Shown here: positions 27,636 to 35,605 of the stretch, in pieces | How positions within the stretch are numbered: the stretch's first letter is position 1 | Layout of the letters: each line of letters starts with the position of its first letter | From: Chrysochromulina tobinii | Taxonomy: Eukaryota | Direction: 5' to 3' | Assembly (NCBI GenBank): GCA_001275005.1 | Contig: JWZX01001991.1 | Location: forward strand, 1 to 35,605 | DNA length: 35,605 nucleotides | Position numbers and translations under genes: made by a program | Notes under the pieces: model-generated | The model's input: the letters and a program-made list of their open reading frames with translations, nothing else | The model's database searches: none | Told to the model about the DNA's origin: nothing

Positions 27636-30600
27636 TCCACCGCCACTACCATCACTGTGGCAGCCTCCACCTGATGCTCTAAACTTGCCCATTCGGCAAT
27701 GGCTCGATACAATCTATCCTAATTTTGGCAATCTGTATGGCCCTGCGCTCGAAGCCGCGGGCTACGATGAACTCTTGCTCATCGACGGCGATGACGAAGA
27801 GTTCAACGAGATGATGAAGACGCTTCGGGAGTCGACCGGGAACAAGAGTGCACACTTTAGGAAGATAGAGAAGGCAGCACGAAAGGCCCTGGGCCTTCCC
27901 CCCGGCCTGAGCCAGCCTCACGCCGCGCCTGAGGCTGCCCCGAACCAGCCTCATCCGGCCACTTTCACGACCTCTCAACCCGTTTCCTCAGCTACCGTAC
28001 CCGAGGCTGCGGCCAGCCAGCCTCTACCAGCTGCCGCGCCTGAGGCTAGGGATCTCGCCCTTGCGCCTCCTGATGCTTTCACACCGATGGCGATCGCTTC
28101 AAAAACCACCTCATCAGAGCTTGAGAGTGCCGCACCGTCACATGCGGATACAGCGGAGGCGGAGGCGGCGGAGGCAGCTGGTATGGAGGAAGTGGAAGAG
28201 GCGAGAGAGGAGGAGGCGGCCGATGAGGAGATGGAAGCGGAGTCGATGAACGCCGTATCCACCACGTCAACGAACCTCGGATATTTGAGGGCTGAGGCAG
28301 AGGCATCCGAAGCGAAGGCGGCAGCCTTGAGCTCTGAGGCAGAGGCAGCCGAAGAGAAGGCGGCAGCCTTGGCCACCGAGGCTGAGCAAGCGGAAAAGGA
28401 GGCGGTCGGCCTCGCGCGCAAGGCCACGCCACCCGTGCTGCGGCTCACGGTGGTGGGGGAGATGGACAAGACCACAAAGGACACCGAAGTCCCAGCGAAG
28501 ACGCCGGCGCTGGCGGCGCTGCCGGAGCGCCAGCCTCCGATGGCTATCGCTTCGGAATCCACCTCCGACAAGGCCGATCTGATCCAGTGCGGTCGCGAGG
28601 CAATTGCGAAGAGCTCTTCAGCAGGAAGTGCACCACTGTCATCAGGAGAAGAGCCGGCCGCCGCCCAAGCGCCGCCTCCTGCATGCGCTCCCGCTGCAGC
28701 TTCCGCCTCCGCCCCCGCCCCCGCCACTGCCGTCAGGCCGGCTTCAGGTCACGATGTTTTGGTCGGAGCGGGATTGGACAGCGATGATGACGAGCTTCCC
28801 CTAAACGGCAGCCGCAAGCTGCCACGCACATGCTCCTCACCGCCTGCGCAGAAAGACCTTGAGAATGCAGATACAGCGGTGGCGGATGCAGTGAAGGCGG
28901 TAGAGGGGGAGGAGGAGTCAGAGGCGGCCGATGCGGAGATGGAAGCGGAGTCGGAAGCGGAGTTGACGAGTCAGCAGATGATACCCACCACGTCATCCGA
29001 AGCGAAGGCGGCAGCCTTGAGCTCTGAGGCAGAGGCAGCTGAAGCGAAGGCGGCAGCCTTGGCCACCGCGGCTAAGCAGGCGGCAAAGGAGGCCGAGGAG
29101 GCGAAGGCACGGGCCTCAGCGCTTGAGGCCACCAAGGCGGAGGCTGCACGGGCAGCCAGGGCTCAGGCGGAGGCGGCGGATGGGGAAGTGGAGGCGGGCG
29201 AGCGAGCGGTCAATCTTATACTTGGACTAACAGACCCTGGTCAGGCTGGCACTGCCACCGATGCGCCGCCGACTATCGCTTTGCCCGCCGCACAGCCGAT
29301 CCCCATCTCACCGGCCGAGGGGCCACCAGCTGCGGTCGGCGACCGCATGGAGCTCACTTATTTTGACGAGGGACTATTCGACAGATGTCGACCCGACCGA
29401 CAGATGGAAGAGGAGCGCGACAGATGGGGTCCCGACAGATGGGATGAGGTCAAGATTGTCGCGCTCGAAAAGGAAGGCGATGCCGACGCCGTCGCCGGCA
29501 AGCCCACAGGACCGCGCGCTCTCGTGACCTACACGGCGTACCCCGGAGAAGACCAGAAGTGGGTGTCATTCAATCGGCTACGACCCGCGCATCCCGCGAC
29601 GCCTACCGCGTGGACGCGCCGGCTTATAAAGGGCGACCAGGTCGAGCTCTTCTATGAAGGCGGCTGGTGGGAGGTTCAGTACCTCTGCCGGACAAAGAAG
29701 AAGCAAAGCCTCGTGCTCGCCGTGCGCTATGGAATAACGCACGAGGTGAATGCTCTGCAGCTGCGTCCAGGCTGGCAGCGCCGCGCTTCCGATGGCGAGT
29801 GGACGCTCATGCTTGGCGGCGTGGCTCGTACCGTCGCCGAGGTTGAGTCGATGCTTCACTCCAAGGCCTCATCGAACACCTCATCGAACGGAGAGATGAG
29901 GCTCCCTGCGAGCACTCCGGCGACAGATGGTACTGCTGCCGTCGCTGCCGCCGCTGCCACCGCGGCGCTATCGACACCAGACCTCGAGCAGTGTATCATC
30001 TGTGATCCCGAAGATGCCGGACGTCTTGGATACACTACCTGCTGCTCGAATTTGATTTGCTTCAAGTGTTTCAGGAAGCCGGGTATGGCGGGGTTCGAGG
30101 AGGCCGTCGCCTCAGATGACGACTCACAGGATGTCCATCAGCCAAGTCGTTGCCCATATTGTCGAGAACCTTTCAAAAGCTTGTCTCCCAGTCGCGCGCT
30201 CAACTCGATGCGATCAACTCGACGTTCACAGCGGGAGGACTTGATGTCAAAGACGCCTGGCGAGGAACTATTAGCAGGAACTATTAGCATCTTTGCACGC
30301 GATCTATGGACGAAGTGCAAGGTGGTCGAGTTCAATCCTCATCTGCGAGTCCATCGTATTGAAGGTCGTGACTTGCATCGGGTTGCCTCATCGAACACCT
30401 TCTGGGTGGATTTACAAAGAGATCCCGACAACTTGCTCGTGTCGATGCGCAAGCTTGCGCTCGAAGAAGCAGGATTGGCCAATGCAGGGCAAGATCCCTC
30501 GTCGCTGCCACAAGGTGCCCAACCGTATCGATGGGTGACTGGGACGGTGTGCTGGGCAGTGGGGACAAGCTGCATGAAAGAAGACCGACACACAGGGATA

Positions 30601-31611
30601 CATGAAAATGACTTGGGAGGAGTGGACAGTTCAGCGACTGCAAATCGAGACAACGACGGAGGAAGCCGCAGAAGCCTCAGAGATCGCAGTGGCAGTGGAA
30701 CCGCGCTCGATGAATCGTCAAAAACTGCCCCCCGTAAACGACCTGCAGAAGCTAGTTGTTCTGTGGATCCGGGTGCATCAACGTGCCCACGTAAGCGGTG
30801 GACTTTTGGGTCTGAAAAAGAGGGCAGTGATGACGATGATGACGAGTGCCCAAACCGTGCTGCGCTGGGTGCCAATGACAATACGGGCATTCGAGCTCCA
30901 ATCTCGAGCTCCAATCTCCCATCTCGAGCTCCAATCTGCGAGGAAGGGTATTGCGAGCTCGAATGCCCGTATTGCCATAAGCATTATAACCTCGCGAAAC
31001 GTATCCCCATGCAGCTAAGGCCGTGCGAGCACCAGATTTGCAACCTATGCCTACCTAAGTATACTCAGAAGGGCACTTGCCCGATGTGCGAAACAGTCCT
31101 CGACGACTCACAGCCTTCGTGTGAGGATGGCGTTTTGGTTGCAGAGCTTCGTCGCCTTAACGAGCGTACTTCCATGTTGACCGCAACAGCGTCGACCGTC
31201 CTCCAACTTGCTGCGGCAAAGGCACAACGTGCAGCCCTGAGCGCCGCTCCGCCCGCTGCAACGTCTGCTGATCAGCCCGCGGGCGGTGGGTATTCATGTT
31301 CACAGCCCGCGGGCGGAGGGCCAGCTGCAACGCTCACACTCGCTTCTGCAGGCGTGCAGGAGCACCGCCAACGGGACGACGCGATGCTTCGGTGGGCCAA
31401 GGAGCGCGGGCAGGCGGGGGTGCCATGGGCCCAGCACTGGGCGAGCCCATTGGGCGAGCCCGTATCGATGGCGACCGAGCTCGCGCGTCGAGATGCGAAG
31501 GCCGAAGCGGAGGGGACGGACGACTCCTTTTCGGGGCTGCGCGACGAGGATGAAGACGACGCAGGCGGCGGAGCAGCGGCTGAAGAGGAAGACGACGCCA
31601 TGGGCGACTGA
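25873..31611 (+). CDS. giant chromatin-associated protein: Agenet x2, AP2-like DNA-binding domain, Tudor, poly-Pro, SAM-like, coiled coil, Agenet x2, RING x2
   Basis: LEVFHEDGWWEV and VELFYEGGWWEV (Agenet); TGFKGV..YTAQV..YLGIFATPEEAALHY (AP2); VGQRVMARY..YPGVV..YDIEYDDGDRE (Tudor); CIIC..CC..CFKC..CPYC and CPYC..PCEHQICNLC..CPMC (RING). Probable start MPRRN at 25873. Confidence 0.88.
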
Positions 31612-32105
31612 GCCGGTCCGGCTTATCTTTAGCCTTTACAGCCGAACTTCAACTTGAAATGCACGTCGGTGGACCTCGCTCGGCCTGCTCCGAGGTCGGA
31701 CGCGAGATAAAATGGGCGCTAAATTCGGAAGTAGCGGACGGCTAGGAATTGCGTTGTGATGCTTTCTTCCGGTACTTTGCGACCGACGCACTATCCGTCG
31801 ATCCGCCTACGAGTACGACGGTACCACATGGTGCATGGTGTTAAGGTCGTGCGATGGTGTGCGTGTTTCTTTAATATTTTTAATATTTCACGGAGAGAGA
31901 ACTTCGTTCGTTCCTGTCCCGCCTCTCGCAAGAGATCAAGCTCACCACTGAGGTGTGGTTGTGCGACTCGACTCAGGTACCTCCGCCTACTCATTCTTTA
32001 CTCATTCAGCCGTACCGTACTGATGTCCTCATGACTGTCCTGTGTGTGCAATGGGGTCCAGCCCCGGTCGAAATGATTTCTGCTGAAATAAAAACGATAT
32101 ATTAC

Positions 32106-34024
32106 TCAATCCCGCCGATTAAGCATGCTCACCAGCTGGCGGTTGAGCGCCTCGTAAACTTCACAGCGATAGTGAAAATTGTCCGTGTACGGCTTGTAGC
32201 CGTGCGGCCTCGCCGTGCCCGTCGGATCGCCCGCAAGCGGTGAAGCCTCACGCAACAACAGATCTTGGAAGCCGGACTGGTTCTGTCTGAAGGGAAGCAC
32301 GAGCGACGATGCCCAAAGCGCATCGGTGGTACGGAAGGCATCAAGAAGCTCCCAGCCAGTCTCGTTGAGCAAGTCGCGCCACGTTTGGTCGCAGCTCGGG
32401 CCGTTGGAGCAACCGCGTGTCTCGCGCACCGTGTCTGATGTAGAGAAGACCTGGGCGAGTGTTGGGTAGGGTGAGGGTGCGCATGAGAATATGGGCGTGC
32501 GTTCAGGAGTGTGCATGGGAGGCAGATCCATGCGAGCTCAGGCCAGATCCATGCGAGCTCCGGCCAGATCCATGCGAGCTCCGGCCAGATCCATGCGAGC
32601 TCAGGCTAGAGCAGCCACGCTTGCACGATGGCAGCAGGCGCGTGATGGCGCGGTCGCGCGCGTGTGCGAGAATAACCGAGGATGGCCGCAGCCCAGCCCT
32701 CCCCTTCGCGTCAACCTGGGCACTGCCCTGTCACTCACTGCTCCTCTCGGGCAATCAGTGGCAATCAGTGGCAACTCCCCTTCACGTCAACCTGGGCACT
32801 GCCCTGTCACTCACCGCTCCTCTCGGGCAATCAGTGGCAATCAGTGGCAACTCCCCTTCACGTCAACCTGGGCACTGCCCTGTCACTCACCGCTCCTCGC
32901 GGGCAATCAGTGGCAATCAGTGGCAATCAGCATGCACTCACCGCCCCTCGCGGGCAGCTCTTGAAGATCGCGTGACCACTCGCGCCCACCAGCTGCTTCA
33001 CCGCATGCATGAACCGCCGAAGCTCGTCGAGGTCCTTGTCGGCGGGCGTGTACCATGGGCCCATCCCAAGGACAAGCGCGTCACCCTCGCGCAGCAGGTG
33101 GCGCATCCGTCCAGTCACATTGGTCCAGCCGTTGAACACTTGCGGCGTTGCCTTGCACTGCGGGCTGAGAAGGCTTCTGGCACAAGCGTCGCCAGCGGCG
33201 CGGCGGACGGCGCTAAAGCCTCTGGACCACGTCGTGTCCTCCTCTCGCACAAGGCTCAGCAGGCTCGGGCCGGATAATTTCAGGAAGGCGAGTCGAGCAC
33301 TGCCGAGCTCAAACCAGCGGTTCTCCATTCCGCGCTCCTGGTTGCACTCGCAGACCTCGCGGCCTTCGAGCAGAGTCGTGCTTTGGTTGTGAAAGGCAGC
33401 CCACTTGAGTGTGAGCCACGTTGAGTGCACGCCACGCCGTGCGAGCCACTTGGCGTGGCTCGCATTCAAATCGTTGGAGCGCCATGGGACTGTCGTTTTG
33501 CTCAGTGGCACCGAAACGTTCGTGGAGCTCTCGCTGCATATGCTGAACGCAGCGTCGCGTGGTGACCTCGGATACGACCCGGAGCTCAGCATCATCGCGA
33601 GCGACAGGTACTGGTAACGCGTATTCGAGTCTCCCATGAAATAAGTGGTGCGTCCAGCGAGGCTACGTGGCGGCCACCCAGGCACATGGCGGCCAAGTTC
33701 CTCGTGCGCCAAGTTTTCTTCCGAGAAGGTGAGCCTTCCATCTGAGAGTGACCAATGAAGCGGCGAAGATGGCGCGATGACGGCATTGCAATACCCGTGC
33801 GCGACGCTCGAATTCACGCGCCTCACCACACGGTTTGCCGGGTGGTTGGTCAGAACCCTCTCGCACTCAGTCGCAGGTAGACGGTCCTCGCACGAGCTGC
33901 CATTGACTGCAATGCAGAAGCCACAGGTCCTCTGGCAGTGGGAGCATGCGAAGGTGGTCGCTGTGCACGATGTCGGCGCTGCACCCAGCGGTAACTGCGG
34001 TAGTTGAAAGCAGGGTTGTGCCAT
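32106..34024 (-). CDS. SGNH-like / PC-esterase (TBL-type) protein with an N-terminal ShK-like Cys-rich segment; exons 34024-32942 and 32450-32106
   Basis: YFMGDSNTRYQY (GDS motif) in exon 1 and TDNFHY (DxxH) in exon 2; CSHCQRTCGFC..CED. Splicing joins FKSCPRGA to VFSTSD in phase 0. An alternative upstream ATG lies at 34117. Confidence 0.78.
32451..32941 (-). other. predicted GT-AG intron with a 76-bp x3 repeat (junction copies + TGATTGCCAC) and a 21-bp x4 repeat
   Basis: GCG|GTGAGT donor; pyrimidine-rich ..ACTCGCCCAG| acceptor. Confidence 0.78.
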
Positions 34025-34223
34025 GACTTTCGCAGGCTCGGCACTCAGCGCGGTCCCGCCATGATGTGAATGCGTGTGTGTGAATGTGAATGTGTGTCTG
34101 TGTGACTTCTGACACATATGAATAGGAAACTTCAGTCAATCACAGTTTCGTCGCGGTCCCCCCGCGCTCAAACATGACGTATTATGTTGCGATGATAAGT
34201 TAATGAGTGCGAGCTGACTACCC

Positions 34224-34262
34224 GGTACATGTACATGTACCTCAGTCAGTCAGTCAGTCAGT
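34224..34262. repeat. palindromic GTACATGTACATGTAC plus (CAGT)5 microsatellite
   Basis: Read directly from the sequence. Confidence 0.8.
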
Positions 34263-34398
34263 TTCATCGCGCCCCCCCCCGCGCTCACCACACACCACCG
34301 TCTCAGGGGACGGCACCACGGCTCCGCTCCCCTCGGTCAACACAAGTACTGAGTACTACCTCGAATAAACGCCCACCCCCCGTATACAGAGTAAACAT

Positions 34399-35604
34399 CT
34401 AGATTCGTTGGAGAGGAGAAGCGGTGTCGTCACCAGCATCTTCTGTGCCAGATCCCGCACGCTTGGCAAGGATGCGTAGCGCGCGGAGTCTGCGACGGGC
34501 TCGCGCGTACGAAAGCACCGCTTCGGGATAAAAGTCATCGAACTGCACGCCCTCTGGCAGCTGCGAGAGAACCTGGTTCTGAACGCCCTGCGTCATCTGC
34601 TCGGTGATCGTGCCTCGCACTTCGAAGCAGTCGTCTGGCAGCGCTGACTGTGCGGCCAGGGAGTCCCAGCAGGCCAAGCATCGCCCTGCGGGATGGTGCG
34701 TGATCGGTGTCGCCACCGCCGTCAGCCGCGCTGCTTGGAGCGTGGCATGCGCGGCGCTGCTACTTGGGCGGGCTGCGAGGGTGGCAGAGCCCACGGGGAG
34801 TGAGGCGTGCCATCTCTCGAGATGATCCCGCACCACTTCACGGCAGGCTGTCTCGCCGTGCTCGGTCATTTCGACGCCGCTGTCGACATCCCGCTTCTTT
34901 CGGGGCCTGCGCTCGCCACGCCTTAGCTCCGCGAGTTGCTTGCCTCTGATTGCGGCTGATTGCCTCTGATTGCCGGTGCCGAAGGCTCCTCGGATTGCGG
35001 CTGATTGCCTCTGATTGCGACGACGAATCATGTAAAGAAGTACGAGTAGCGTGCACGCGCAAGCGGCCGCGAAAGCTCCAGCCATGATCCAAGCGATCAT
35101 GAGCAAGGACGACGACGAGGCACTCTCGCTGGCCGGGAGCGCTGCGGCCGAGTTGCCCATGTTTGGCGGTGGCGCCGGCTCGACGAGACGAATGGTGGGC
35201 GTGCTGAGGACCGTCGCTCCAAGTGTGGCAGACAGAGCCGATGGCGGCTGATCCAAGGTATTTTGGACGCGCGAACGGCCTGATGCACTCGAAAGGAAGA
35301 AGGACGCGGTGACTGTGAGCGATCCTGACACGATGTTGAGCGCAATGGCGGAGGCTGTGACGCCAGTTGCACGAGCCAGCTGTAGAGTGAAATGGGTTGC
35401 GTTGAAGGACTCAATGGTGCCTGCAATCTGGAACGTCGCAACTAGAGATGGTTCCGTCTGAGGCCTTGACGGCGGTGGTGGCCTCGGCGACGGCGGTGGA
35501 GGGGACGGCTCTGGAGGGTCTGGCGATGGCGGCGGCGGTGGAGGCAGGTGAGGCTCGGGGAGGTTGTAAGAAGGGGGTGGGGGAGAAGGCTCCGGAGGCG
35601 ACGG
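34399..35604 (-). CDS. 5'-truncated Pro-rich type I membrane protein (runs off the window end)
   Basis: The frame is open from 35604 (PSPPEPSPP..) through a beta-rich juxtamembrane module (VATFQIAGTIESFN..IVSGSLTVTASF), TM LLMIAWIMAGAFAAACACTLLVLLYMI, RRR and a cytoplasmic tail. Confidence 0.75.
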   Translation of the reverse strand, partial: PSPPEPSPPPPSYNLPEPHLPPPPPPSPDPPEPSPPPPSPRPPPPSRPQTEPSLVATFQIAGTIESFNATHFTLQLARATGVTASAIALNIVSGSLTVTASFFLSSASGRSRVQNTLDQPPSALSATLGATVLSTPTIRLVEPAPPPNMGNSAAALPASESASSSSLLMIAWIMAGAFAAACACTLLVLLYMIRRRNQRQSAAIRGAFGTGNQRQSAAIRGKQLAELRRGERRPRKKRDVDSGVEMTEHGETACREVVRDHLERWHASLPVGSATLAARPSSSAAHATLQAARLTAVATPITHHPAGRCLACWDSLAAQSALPDDCFEVRGTITEQMTQGVQNQVLSQLPEGVQFDDFYPEAVLSYARARRRLRALRILAKRAGSGTEDAGDDTASPLQRI

Positions 35605-35605
35605 G

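Noticed and set aside
32459..33277. Plus-strand ORFs with SGNQWQS and PDPCELR repeats
   Set aside because: Antisense to the SGNH gene and its repeat-filled intron.

Overview
GC-rich eukaryotic genomic DNA with about 15 compact, mostly intron-poor protein genes. A plastid-targeted haem oxygenase with a bipartite signal plus ASAF-like cleavage motif, AP2/Agenet domains, a GC splice donor and TGATTGC-repeat introns suggest a haptophyte alga (Chrysochromulina/Prymnesium-like; inference). Genes in order: RhoGEF (DH-PH), membrane hypothetical, PRX5-type peroxiredoxin, Ubl-Tudor-Rab-like GTPase-EF-hand fusion, Cu/Zn SOD, ALKBH8-like dioxygenase fused to a CS domain, BPL_N/GATase-like protein, small membrane protein, FG-GAP(x14) receptor-like non-RD kinase, LIN37-like protein, haem oxygenase, RRP1/Nop52, a giant Agenet/AP2/Tudor/SAM/RING protein, an SGNH/PC-esterase-like protein and a partial Pro-rich membrane protein. 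Highlights: (1) the peroxiredoxin has an in-frame UGA at its peroxidatic Cys and a well-formed SECIS candidate in the 3' UTR, so it is probably a selenoprotein split by the ORF track; (2) three of four predicted introns are built from duplicated copies of their own exon junctions plus branch-point-like repeats, one holding a complete spliced-form junction, which suggests an intron-generating process; (3) a repeat-shuffled FG-GAP non-RD receptor kinase; (4) several unusual domain fusions. All calls are by eye, with no database searches.
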